From Podarcis erhardii (Eukaryota), in the NCBI GenBank assembly GCA_964252035.1, contig OZ176203.1: 64,000 bases of DNA; one strand, 5' to 3'. Below are positions 37,042-49,238 of this stretch, one piece after another. Position 1 is the first letter of the stretch; every line of letters begins with the position of its first letter. The notes beneath the pieces were generated by a model. That model was given only the letters and a program-made list of their open reading frames with translations. It was not told where the DNA came from and did not search any database. The position numbers and the translations under genes are program-made.

Positions 37042-37586
37042 TGTCCTAGAAGAGGTGGAACTGAGTCCTTCTTTCCCATAAACCCCACATTGGAATAAGA
37101 CTCAGTCCCTGGTCTCAAGTATGAGACTAATGGTCTGAAACCCATGATACCAAACCACTCCCAGAGACAGTTCTTCGTGAGACTGACCTCTATGAGAAAC
37201 CAAGTCCCACCACTCTGGACACTTTGCTTTCCAATGCCTGCTGTTCACTGGCACAGAGACTGCACCAGGTAAAGAAAAGAAAAGGTGAAAAGTTCTATGC
37301 TTCAGCCCTGAAGACTGTTCTTTTAAGGTTCTCCACATCCCAGACTGGGCCATGAAGGATATAAGACATATGGAGTTAGGACCTGTTAGAGAAAGTTCCT
37401 TGCACCTAGTGATCTGTCCATGGTCCTGCAAGCCTTGTATCCGAGCCACTTGTTTCTTGTAAACTCTGGACCTGTATCAACTTCCTGCCTCTGGACTGTC
37501 CTGCTGGTTGACCCTTATTCTTGTTATCACCCCAGACTACTTGTTAGCTAGCCTGCCTCCTGGACTATCTGTTCCACCTCAGGACA
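37042..37586 (+). mobile_element. Possible Gypsy-type solo LTR
   Basis: Bounded by TGTCCT...AGGACA, TATA-like GATATAAGA, repeated GGACT/GACTA motifs near the 3' end; no TSD match. Confidence 0.4.
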
Positions 37587-38039
37587 AAACACATGGATCC
37601 CAGAATGAATCCTGGACCATTTGGGATGGCATCTCACTCCAAGAGGACTAGAATTAATGCTTTTCATCCAGTGTGATCTTATGTCACCACCTGCCAGTTC
37701 AAACTGTTGATGGGATTATAGGACATAACTACAGTACAAAAGGCTCTGCTGTTCTTTGCCCACCCAGATATTTTCTAATGTTTCAGGTAAAAAGGAGATT
37801 TGTGTATCTTTATTTTACTGTCCTTCGCTTCCAGTGGCTCATCATGGCTGCAAATATAAAATATATTGACACTACAGGGAAGCAGCAGCAGAGCAAGTTG
37901 CCATTGAATTTCATCAGAAATGAAACTTGAAGTGAATGTATAAATTCCTTGGGCATCTGAGGATTTGAAGGGATTGGTAGAGTTTTGCTTTGGCAATTCT
38001 GCATGCCCATTGGGTGTCACAGCACTTGAGTATGTTGTT

Positions 38040-38042
<3 letters not shown>

Positions 38043-38072
<30 letters not shown>
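38043..38072. repeat. (AC)15 microsatellite
   Basis: Seen directly. Confidence 0.97.
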
Positions 38073-38073
<1 letters not shown>

Positions 38074-38786
38074 AACCAGTTGCAGGAAATGCAAAAATGA
38101 ATTTAAGCGTTGCTTGTGAAAGTGGCTTCAGGTTGGTGCCAAGCTCTGTTCTAAGTGCTTGCTAATGGCTTGATAGCATGCCTGTTCGATATACACTTGG
38201 TAGGAAGCAGCCATTAAATATAGCACTAGTGGCAGGTATATCATCATCAAAACATATTCCTAGTGAAGACAAGATCAATATTTATTTAGATCTTCATAAC
38301 TGGGGATGCCAAATATTAAGTAACCTAATTGCTAAGGTTATTGAAATCTCATTGACATTGCAGGTCGGCTTGCATTCCTTGCAGCAGGTTTGCATCTGCA
38401 GCCTATGTTCACACATGCTGAGTTATTCTGTGGCAAACAGGGTGTCCCTCGGCAAACAAGGGTGTGGTTTGGTTTCCATTCTCCTACTAGATCCTTTAAA
38501 AACAGTTATGTGAAAGAATGGAATGGTTCCAAAATCTTTATGGAACTTTTGCTTCTTCATGCAGTATGTTACTTTGAAGCGCGTTGTACTATTGTTGTAT
38601 CTGCTTATTTATTTATTTTTTAATAATACATCCTTCCTATGACTATCAACCCTCACAGCAAGCCATATTACTGAAGCCACAGCATCTCTGTGGAGTGTTT
38701 TATCACTGGATGCTAACCTGGTCCTGTAGGAATTAATAGGTCAGAAGCAGCACTTGGAATTATGCCTGGAAATTGGCATATCTTGT

Positions 38787-38878
38787 TAGGGCTGGGAGAG
38801 ACCACTGCCTAAAACCCTGGAGGGCTACTGCTGAGCTAGATGGACCAATGATTTCATTTGGTATAAGGCAGCATCTTA
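38787..38878 (+). mobile_element. 3' half of a tRNA(Ala)-like, CR1-tail SINE
   Basis: AAACCCTGGAG...CTGAGCTAGATGGACCAATG...GGTATAAGGCAGC, homologous to 14142-14327. Confidence 0.65.
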
Positions 38879-39087
38879 AATTGATGGCTAGCCAGTGAAT
38901 CTGGAACCTGGAAATCACATGTTGAGGAGGCTCCTTGCCGTAGTCATTGTGAGGCCACAACATAGCAACCCAAACCAGCTACTCTTTCCATTGAGTTACT
39001 CTGTGAGAATGACACAGTGTAATCAAGCAGATGGAGCAACTACTCTATGAGGAAAGGTGAGAGAAGGTGAGTAAGATTAGACATGCT

Positions 39088-39307
39088 AGAGGTGTTTAAA
39101 ATTATGGATAGTGTGGAGGAAATGGATTGGGAGAACACCTCTCCTATAATACTATAACTGATATACATCCAATAGAATGGAATGCTGGAAAATCCAGGAC
39201 AGACAAAACAAAGGACATCTTCCCACAGAGCATAGCTAAACTATGGAGTTCAGTCCCACAAGGGGTAGTGATGGCCACCAGCTTGGATGGCTTTAAAAGA
39301 GGACTAG
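39088..39307 (+). mobile_element. CR1 ORF2 C-terminal fragment
   Basis: Reads RTDKTKDIFPQSIAKLWSSVPQGVVMATSLDGFKRGL (CR1 FFTQRxxxLWNxLP...LDGFKRGLD). Confidence 0.85.
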
Positions 39308-40968
39308 CTAGTCAACACTGGTGCAATGCACCCCACCTGTGTTTGCCATCAGTGAGCACCCCTTCAAATCACTCCTCACTATTCCTGCTTTTTGATTATA
39401 TGACCAGTCAGTGGCCTGTTCCCATAAAACATCAACAGCCCCAAGAAAAAGTGCTGACATCGTTCCTCCTTCTCTGGTTCTTTTGCTGTTAAGTAAAACA
39501 GCTATTGTGAGTTTGTTGTCTGGTAACTGTGAATGGTTCTGTCACTGTGCTGTTGCCATGATGATGCTTGACTAGAGTGTGGGATTTGACAAAAGAATGT
39601 TTCTTAATGGATCTCCCTGTGAATGGACAATTAACCTGCAGGGATAGGACCTAGTCATGTGTTTGGCAGATTGGGTATGAAAAACAACAGAGGGCCATTT
39701 GGAACGAAGACAGAAAGCCAGAAATGGAGGGAAAGAAAGAAAGAAAGAGCAATGAATGACTTGAAGGTAAAGCTCCTTGGAGGGGATACCCAATTTTAGG
39801 GTTCATAGTTAATGAAGCTGTTCATGCTTGTTGTGGTAAGGAATTCTTGTTCCGGTTATCTAAGGATTACCTTAGTTCACCTTCCCAGATGAAATGGAGA
39901 TTTCTAGAGTCAAATAGCTGAGGCCAAGCCTCTAGGTAACTGCACCTGTGCTTGGAGGGGGGGAATCCCAGAATTTTATTGAACATTTTCCAGTTATAGC
40001 AATCTTGTTCAGAGCAGTATGCTTTTCTGGACTGTTGTTAGTATCTCATTGAATATTTACTCCCTACCTCATCTTTCCCCAAGGCACCTGTGTATGTTTG
40101 TTTTTAATTTGAAGGAATTCTGCAACTAGTTAGAACTGTATATCTTAAAACTTTTTTTTTTTTTTTGGTTTGGATTAAAGATCCCTTTGCACAGAAATAC
40201 ATGACAGTTTCCTTCTTTTGTTTATGTAAGAGCCATACTTGGTGAAAGATTTCCCTCATTAATTATCTTACTTTATAATCCTTGAATTGCCTTGCTCAAA
40301 ATCACTTCTGTTTTGGAATGATCTGGCAGCTGTTCCCAATTCTAACAGCAAGTTCAGGCAGTGTTTCCACATAAACCTGCTCCCAGTGAGAAATAAACAC
40401 AATGAAAAGTGACATAATTGAAACACAGGGCAATTCTACTTTGCACACTGCTGTTGTCAACTTGCAACAATACTGATGACTAAATACAGTTACTTGCTCT
40501 ACTAACAAGCTAGAGTCTTAGGAGGTGGCCTTAGATCAGACCTTTCATTGGTCCATTGGACCTCAAGAGGCTCGCCAGGGTTTCAAAAAGGAGTCTGAAA
40601 AAGAAGAGGGAGCAGAGGTTTGGCTGGAAAATGTGGGTAATTGTTATATCATAGTTTTCATTTTGAGTTTCTTCATACCTGCTTTCTAATATGAAATGTC
40701 CAAAGTGTAAAGTGTATAAGCAATATTGATGGCTTGGATCCTAATTTAAGGAGGTTCATACAGTAGAAGGAAAGTTTCTCATCCACCCCTCCCTCTTGCA
40801 GCCCCCTGTGGCCACTGAACAGAATCTCCAGCAAGTCAAGAGATCTTCCTGAGGAATGTGAGTTGTGGCTCAGGGGGCTATTGGAAGGGTGGATAACTGG
40901 CCCATATGAAACAGAATAAAAAAACACACCTTTCAGTAGCACCTTAGAGACCAATTAAGTTTGTTACT

Positions 40969-41005
40969 GGTATGAGCTTTCATGTGCATGCACACTTCTT
41001 CAGAT
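40969..41005 (-). ncRNA. Minimal type I hammerhead-ribozyme motif; core present, stem I truncated
   Basis: Minus strand CUGAAGA-A-GUGUGC/AU/GCACAU-GAA-AGCU-C-AUACC: CUGANGA core, stem II, GAAA, palindromic AGCU stem III, UC cleavage triplet. Confidence 0.65.
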
Positions 41006-41028
41006 GTGGTCTCTAAGGTGCTACTGGA

Positions 41029-41398
41029 GATGGGACGCGGGTGGCGCTGTGGGTAAAACCTCAGTGCCTAGGGCTTGCCGATCGCATGGTCGGCGGTTCG
41101 AATCCCCGCGGTGGGGTGAGCTCCTCTTTCAATCCTAGCTCCTGCCCACCTAGCAGTTCAAAAGCACCCCTAAGTGCAAGTAGATAAATAGGTACCGCTT
41201 TATAGCGGGAAGGTAAATGGCGTTTCCGTGTGCTGCGCTGGTGCTGGCTCGCCAGGGCAGCTTCATCACGCAGGCCACGTGACCTGGAAGTGTCTGCGGA
41301 CAGCGCTGGCCCCAGGCCTCTTAAGTGAGATGGGCGCACAACCCTAGAGTCGGACACGACTGGCCCGTACGGGCAGGGGTACCTTTACCTTTACCTTT
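41029..41398 (+). mobile_element. Sauria SINE, young full-length copy
   Basis: GGGACGCGGGTGGCGCTGTGG head, (ACCTTT)3 tail, 15-bp TSD TAAGGTGCTA(C/G)TGGA at 41014-41028 and 41399-41413. Confidence 0.95.
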
Positions 41399-41929
41399 TA
41401 AGGTGCTAGTGGAAGGATTTTTTTTATTTTGTTTCAACTACGGCAGACCAACACAGCTACCTACCTGTAACTGACCCAAGTGAGAAAGGGATCTGTCCCT
41501 GATTTCCATCTTCCTCAGCAGCCTTCCATGCACTATCTATTGTACATTGTTCAGGAGGGCCCACAAACCTCCAGAAAGGCTTTGGGAGCAGGGGGACAAA
41601 GGGATAGGAACCATTCTAACAATGCTGCGTGCAGCATCTAGCCTTCTCCATCTCCCCACCAATCTGTTTGCTTCCCACTTTCCAAGGGTGCCCTATTCAT
41701 ATGCCATAACTCCTTCCAGATTCACACAGTGCACATTTTCTGGGCAATAAAGAATCAGCTTTGATATATACAGTAATAAGATGGCCAAGCTATCATGGGC
41801 TAAGCAATACAAATGTGATAGTGAACACTGTTCCAGGGACAGGGGGACCTATGGACCACCATACGCCATTATACTTCAATTCTCACCAGCCCCAGCCAGC
41901 ATAGCCAAAGGCAAGCTGTAGCCCAATCT

Positions 41930-41930
<1 letters not shown>

Positions 41931-41960
<30 letters not shown>
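41931..41960. repeat. (GT)15 microsatellite
   Basis: Seen directly. Confidence 0.97.
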
Positions 41961-41961
<1 letters not shown>

Positions 41962-42466
41962 AGGTTAGCCAACAGTGTCCTAGTCTATTGTTCTCAAAAG
42001 TCACTAATAAAAGCTGCTATAGAGCTATATGGGAATGTTCTCTATATGAACAGTGCTAATGTATGACCACACACACACACAAATCTAAATGGAAGCTGTG
42101 AAAGTGGTCTCATTTGAATATCTTCCCTACATTTTAACAAGCTATTTTTAAAAGTAATGTTCCTTAAGTGTGAGATTAGTTTTTCTTCTCCTTGAAAAAA
42201 AACCCTTCAATTTACATGAAGTTGTTAATGTAGGCATTTAATTAATATGGACAAGAAAATGCTCCAAGTCATCTGGATCCTGCTCCTTCCAACATATATA
42301 ACGCAGCTTCCAACATATATAAACATCATACCCTCCTTGGTTATTTTTTTCCTTGCTGGAACATATCTCTGAACTCTAATAATGACTCTTGGTTGCTTGG
42401 ATGGATGGATGCCAGAGAAGGGTATGTGGATGTATATTCAAGGATATGTGAGTGTGCATAGCTACT

Positions 42467-42735
42467 GTTGTTGACATCCATCTGTCTCAGGAGATAATGG
42501 AGGCTTTGGGGGTCAAAGTTAAACTGTTGGAAGGTTAGAGTGCTTGTTGTGGCTGTATTAAACTCAGTACATAACAAGACTGATATGGGAGAGCCATGTT
42601 TTGTTGCAGGTGAGGCAGATGAAAATGTCTGGTGGTGCTGCTGCCAGGTACACCATGGCATTTCTTCTCTCTGGGCTCCTCCCAGCAGTCATTCCTCTTC
42701 TGCTCTCTTCTCTATCACTCTGTTGCTCCTTCTCA
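42467..42735 (-). mobile_element. RTE-clade LINE 3' end
   Basis: Minus frame FICLTCNKTWLSHISL..YSHNKH (degenerate C-terminal zinc knuckle) and tail GAGACAGATGGATGTCAACAAC. Confidence 0.75.
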
Positions 42736-43237
42736 CCATCACTGTGTAACAGATTTCTCCTTCTCTTGCCATCCTCAGATTTAATTGTTCTTTCCCCCCA
42801 ATTCCTTCCTGCTTTGAAGTAATTATTTTCCCCTTATTGCCCCACCATGGAATTAACTGCTCTTTTCCCTTGATGCAGCCCACTCCCCATAAATTGCTTT
42901 CCCTCTAACCCCAAAAGGAACCCACTGGCCTTCTTCTCCCTTCGCCTGCCCCCCAATTCAAATGGCATTGTAATGCCATGTAAATGCATTGTGTCTTACA
43001 CAAACAAGTTTTATTAATAAAACAGTAACTCAAGTCGGTTGGACTCCAGACAATCAAAGTGCCACACTGTGATTCAATTAAAAAGAGTTCTGCTCTGCAC
43101 AACTACCTGCATGCTGCTGTGATGAGTCACTGAGGGAGGGACTGCCCCTCCCTCTGATGACTCAGACCTGCAGTATGCAGGAGGTTCATGCAATTCCCTG
43201 CTAGAACCACTAACAGCAAATATATATATATATAATG

Positions 43238-43350
43238 CAGCTTTACCAATCTGGTGTTCTCCAGATGTTTTGGAGTACAGCTCCTGCCAGTCCCAGCCAG
43301 AACAGCCATGTCCAAAATGTTTGGAAGACACCAGAACAGGGAAGGATAGT
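43238..43350. mobile_element. Small palindromic hAT-like MITE, old
   Basis: CTGGTGTTCTCCAGATGTTTTGGA ... TCCAAAATGTTTGGAAGACACCAG; related fragments near 10750, 41830, 51580 and 61350. Confidence 0.6.
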
Positions 43351-45724
43351 CAAATGCTCCACCACACACTGAAGTTATACCAGAGGGAGCCATTTTGCCA
43401 GGCTGCAACACCACAAATTTATTCCTATTTTTTTCTGAATAGGGCAATATGAACTCCTGGTTGATGCACATGTCCAATTATTTCTAAATGTAAACAGGCA
43501 GCAGCTTCTCCTTGGAAAGCCAATTTCTATTTGCACTTGAGCTCTATTACTAAGGAAGGAATTGTGGCAGTACTTCAGATTCAAAAGGAAGCATAACATA
43601 TAGGAATTGTATTAATTCAGTGTTATTACAGCATGCAGCATTAATGTAGTTCTGATACAGAACCAGGTTCTGTGGTTAATGAATAACTTTGCAGTGCTGG
43701 AAGGAACCAAGCCTATCTCATTTCCAGAGCTTCAAAGGTGTACCCAACCCTGATGGAGGCAGGTACTGACTAAGGTATGGAGACTCAGAAGAGCCCAGAC
43801 AGTTAACTAGGTTGTTTCCGAAGAGCTTGTGTTGACTGATGAAGCCTTTCCCTTTTTAAAACATACATACTGGTGGGTTGAGTTCAGACAGTTATTACAG
43901 TATCCTCTGCCGCCAGTGTAAAATGTGATCTTATTCATTATTTGGGAGAGAGATTGGAATGAAATGTCAAAAACAAAAAACAAAAAAATGTTTTTCTTCA
44001 CTTGGCACAAAGAGTTCATAATCCGTTTGCATACACTCTGCAACGGCATGGAAATTGTCTCCCCCTGAGCAATAATTATGGATTAGGTGATGTCAATATT
44101 TCTCAAAGAGATAAAGCAGGAGTGGCCATCTCCCAGTCGGTGGGCCACATTCAGGGCCCCAATAATCTGACTACAGTGTCAGCAGTTCATTACTTTTTTG
44201 GGGTAGCTGATGCTGTTGAGCCCCACTGGAGCTTGTTATTCTATACATCTCCCCTTCCCCATATCCTTTAACCCCAACTCCAAAACATTGCTTGCCATGG
44301 GATACTGTTATTACAAGATCATTGGCTGAAAACTGTGAAAAGTAAGGAAGAACAGAACTTCCTGTATTGTGGAGCAGTGGAATCAGTTCAAAAACAGTCC
44401 TATATCTAGCCATGATGTATCATTGGCTGTGAATTCATCTATATTTCATTTTACTGTTCACTAGTATTACATGTAAAACTGAACATGTTATGACTACAGA
44501 AACCTGTGTCTCCTCCCTTTCCCCATCAAAAAGACTGCTGTTTACAATACTCTTTGAAATGCCTATTGACTTTATTAGCTGTGCATTACTTCTCATAGTC
44601 CAGCATTTGGGGTGTCCCTCTGCCCCTGGGCTAATATGATTCCCCCATTCATTGGGACAACACTGGCTTTTTAAAATAAAGAAAAAATACCTGATGTATT
44701 GCACAGAAATTTTTGGAAATTTGTATTACTGTCTTGCTCCAAGGGCTCAGTTTATCATTTTTAGGAACATGCCAAATTGCACATGGTGGTTTGGGACAGT
44801 ACCTTTTTTTAATTGCAGATAATTACATGGCAGACTCTAATGAGTCAGTGGAAGGTTTTTCCCCTCCCTGCATTCCAATGAATTCATATGGGTGTGGAAG
44901 GGAAAGGAAGACTTGAGAAATAGTGTATTGGCAGAAAGACACAGATGTTGATTCTGAAGTATTACTATATAAGGCTTTTACTGACAATGGTACTTTCTTC
45001 CATGCTGAATTTGTAAGGGAGCCAATCACATTTCACCCAAAACTAGCCCTCAGCAGAACAATGGGGCATGTGCTTTCAAACTAGCTGACTTGAACATATC
45101 CTCTACAAAGAATCCTACACTTGCATCTTTTTTTATTCCTTTAAACTTATGGAACAAATATACAGCCAGACTCATTAAAAGGCAGATCCTATAAAATGCC
45201 ATGGAAAAGTGGATGTTGCACAGAGGGTGCAACACTTTAAAAATGCACTGTGAGTGCTGTTCTATTTATGTCTGCTGATGCTTTTCTCAGCTTGTTTTTC
45301 CAATGCAAAGCCATGTCCCACCTTGGCAGAGTATTTTGCAAAAGGTAACCAGCTCTCATTCACTGTAAGAAAATCAACCAATAAAAGCAGTTGCCTCCAG
45401 GCAAATTTCTTGTTTTCATTATCAGAAATAGAAGCACATATGCTTGTTTCTAAGTAAACAGCATGCTCTCTGCATTTCTCAAATAGTAGACCTCGTTTCA
45501 GTCTACAATGATACAAGCCATTTTTCACTCTTTGACACAGCATATTCCACTTACTACATAAACCAGGTGTAAGCAACATGGTGTCCTTCAGACATAGTTG
45601 GACTTCTACTCCCTTACTAATGTTAAAAATAAACTTTTTAGAAAGTACAAAATTGAACTGTCACATTGAAAAAAACAAAGATGTTAGATTTTTAGCTTCT
45701 TTGTATTGATAGATTTTATATGTA

Positions 45725-45966
45725 CAGTGGTACCTCGGGTTACATAAACTTCAGGTTACATACACTTCAGGTTACAGACTCCACTAACCCAGAAATAGTA
45801 CCTCGGGTTAAGTACTTTGCTTCCGGATGAGAACAGAAATCGTGCAGCAGCGGCGCAGCAGCAGCAGGAGGCCCCATTAGCTAAAGTGGTGCTTCAGGTT
45901 AAGAACAGTTTCAGGTTAAGAATGGACCTCTGGAACGAATTAAGTACGTAACCCGAGGTACTACTG
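45725..45966. mobile_element. Tigger-like MITE
   Basis: TA|CAGTGGTACCTCGGGTTAC...GTAACCCGAGGTACTACTG|TA. Confidence 0.95.
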
Positions 45967-47090
45967 TACATAGCTTAAATCAACAAAAGCCATATTTGGT
46001 CATATACCAAATGATGGAAGAACATTACTGTATCAGTTAGACATTGGGACTACTATCTGAATAGTTCTGTTGGAAATGGCTAGGGGTTATAGTGACCAAA
46101 GGATTTTGTTGGGATTTTTCTTTCTAAAGTTGGAGACTGTGGATGATAGTCAATATTAGTCAGACAGTAAACTCATTGAAATCATTGGGTCTCCCATGAC
46201 ACAACTTGGTTGGCTATCACTGAAGAAATTGAAATTTATTGAATATTTGATGCCGATTCCTATAAGCTAATGGCATAGTTGTGACTAAAAGCAACCCCTA
46301 ATTTGCACAGGGGTTGCATTCTTGGGTCACACGCATGTCAGTGGAGTGTACATAAGCCCACCCCACCCATATTACGCCTTGTTATGCCCCCTGTTCTGCC
46401 CTCTTCTGGGTCCAAACAACCCATGCACCGGCTGTTGACCATCAATTAAACATGTGCAAAATGGTCTCTGCCTGTATTTTTAAAAATCTATAAATAAAGA
46501 TTTTGTAAAAGATACAAAAATGTTCTCTATATTTGGAGAGAGGAGTCTTTTGGTGACACTACAGATTGGTGACACCACAGATTGCAGCCAATCAGGACCA
46601 TCCGGAGCCAATTGCTGATGCAAACTTGCAAAGCCCTCTTTCCTGTGGTGTTTACCCCAGAAGATGAATGGCATGTTTGCACTGAATGCAATGAGAGAGA
46701 TTTCATATTGGCCTCGCTGCTCTGGAAGTGTTACATCTGATTTCACTGCCAGATTTCAGTATCAAGTTATCGCCAGTTTAAAACTTACACAGCTTACCTT
46801 GCAGACTTTTTAGGAGCTCAGATTCCTGCTAAGTCATGCAAGTGCATACCACAGAAATGTCAGCTAGATGTTGAAATGCAGAATAGAATGAGAGGAATGG
46901 AATCTGTGCCAGGAGACGGTCACAGGAGTATAAGATGGTCACCAGGGCCCACAAACTGTGGCTGAGTTTAGTAGCCAACCATTCTTTTCTAGTAGCCAGC
47001 TGTTTGTTAAGTCTAATCTTATTGCAATAATGCCTGCAACACTAAGATAATTTCTAGACTTATAATCAGAACTAAAGCAGTGAAAGGAAT

Positions 47091-47140
<50 letters not shown>
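47091..47140. repeat. (GATA)12 microsatellite
   Basis: Seen directly. Confidence 0.97.
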
Positions 47141-49189
47141 GGCTACTAGCGTATGTGCTGCAAGCATACGCTCCTCCTCCTGTTGCCATACTGACAGCCC
47201 AATCCTGAGCAGAGCAGAGGTTTTCAGCCTGACAACACATGGTCATTTGGCTCCTCTATCACTCTGCAGGATGAAAAATGTAAGTACTGTCGATGAGCTG
47301 GCAAGTGCATTTGTGGATCACTGATGTAATCTCTCAAATTAATACTAGCAGGGGAGACAGTTAAGAGTATCCCTTGGGAAATCAGGGCCTACCAAATTCA
47401 ACCCTGTACTGGCCATAACAATAAATGATCTATCTGAATGTCTTGTCTCTGTCAAGACTTTCAGTAGATGTTGGGTTCTTGGGTGGGGGTGTTCCCCTAT
47501 AGTTGAACTCATAAATTATAGTACATGCAGCCAGTGCTGTAGATAGCCTTGTGATATCTTGTTAAACATTGTGCCTTACGTTCCATACTATGCTGAAACA
47601 AGGTACGTGCTGTTTTGTCCCAGCTATGTACAGCAAAGGCATAGAATACTAACCATCTATTACTTGTAACTGTACTATTAGGGTTTTAAGATAATATTAT
47701 TTTCACAAAGTTTCTTAACATTTACAGGCAAACTAAATATTTACTATCAAAGTCCTTTGTACCAGGACTCCCTTCACACGTCAGCTACGGACAATAAGCC
47801 GAAATCACACATCACAGCCTGAGAGATAAGCATGGGAATAAGAATATTTGCACTGGCGTAGGGCATAGTCACAGAAACCAGGGATGCTGGAGGTGAGCGT
47901 GTGAGGCATTCCACTGAGGCTCTGGTGAGTGATTCCAACTTCAGTTTTGGAGTGAGAGTGCAAGATGACATGTTTGCTGAGCAGTCCACAAGACCAGAAA
48001 TCTTTTCTCTATCATCACTATCTCTCTCTCTTTTTTTTAGTAGAGATAAAACCCATCCATTCTAAGAATGGCAAAACAGAGGGCTTTAGACTTAAAGATG
48101 TTTATCTACCAGCAAAACACTGTTTGAACGCTGAATAAAACACAATCTGAGGCATGTGGGAATAAGATGGCTATGCATTCATCTGGTGTACTATTCTATC
48201 TCTAACCCAACAATGAGAGAAAATATTAACAGACTTTTGATGCCTGTTGCAAAATTAGTATTGCAAGCTGAAAATGGCCATGAAGGGCAATTTTTTAAAA
48301 ACCTATTATACTATTTGAACATTCTACAGGCACCATATTTAGGCTTAAGAGAATGGGGGGGGGAGTCATCTAAAGGAAGCACTAAAAATATGCAGCAATG
48401 GAATTTTATATGGCAAAGGAAACCCACTCCATCCCGCAATCCCTCTTATGTGGCCTTCCTGCCATCCTGCTCTGTGTCCTGACTCCTGAGCACCCAACCA
48501 ACACAATACTCACCTAACCACTCCCCATTTACACATTCAGCCACACTATTCAGACCCCACCGTGCAACAAATTCCCTACATCCACATGCCCTGACAACCC
48601 TCCCTTACTCCACACACCACTGGCTCTGAGATACTGTACCACTGACCTCCTATAATACTTTAATCACTCATTAGAACACAGCTTCACCAACAGGAAGATA
48701 ATATTCCTCACAAAATGCCAGGCACCAAAAGAATCTCTCCATCCAAACAATCTTATTCTCTCCTCCCACCCTTCTAATATGTGACATCCAACTCTGTCTA
48801 ACCACCCGTCAGAATCTCACCCTAGCCAGCTGCTCTCACCTGATACCAGATACTATCAGCTCTTCTGCAGAAATATAAACCAAGCCAAACCTCTCTGAGT
48901 GCTCCTAGTGAGAGGGAACTCACACAAATGTTGCATAGATGGCACTACAGACTGGATGACTGTATAGCAGGAATGCCAGTGGACTTTTAAGCAAAGCAGA
49001 AATTTTATCTCTCTTTTCAGAGGCAGGTGTTGTTGGTAAGAGAAAAGACTAAAGTAACAGGTAAAAACATATGCAAGTATCCTAAATTACTGATGTATTT
49101 TTGTAGGGGCAGTGTTTTAAAAATTATTAACATTTGTGGCTGTGGTGGCATATTTGATGGTATCACAATACTGGAAAAAACCAAGCTGG

Positions 49190-49194
<5 letters not shown>

Positions 49195-49236
<42 letters not shown>
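49195..49236. repeat. (AC)21 microsatellite
   Basis: Seen directly. Confidence 0.97.

Positions 49237-49238
<2 letters not shown>

Larger units (their letters stand above)
40908..41472. mobile_element. Inverted pair of Penelope-like terminal-repeat fragments, split by a Sauria SINE
   Basis: Perfect 20-bp inverted repeat at 40934-40953 and 41007-41026; plus-strand arm resumes after the SINE (GGAAGGATTTTTTTT...CTACCTACCTGTAACT). Confidence 0.75.

Noticed and set aside
42341-42661. 106-aa minus-strand ORF that looks like a protein C-terminus
   Set aside because: An off-frame read through the RTE LINE 3' end into flanking DNA.
47774-47989. ORF containing CDFGL (kinase DFG-like)
   Set aside because: A stop follows 7 codons later; no HRD, APE or other kinase motifs.
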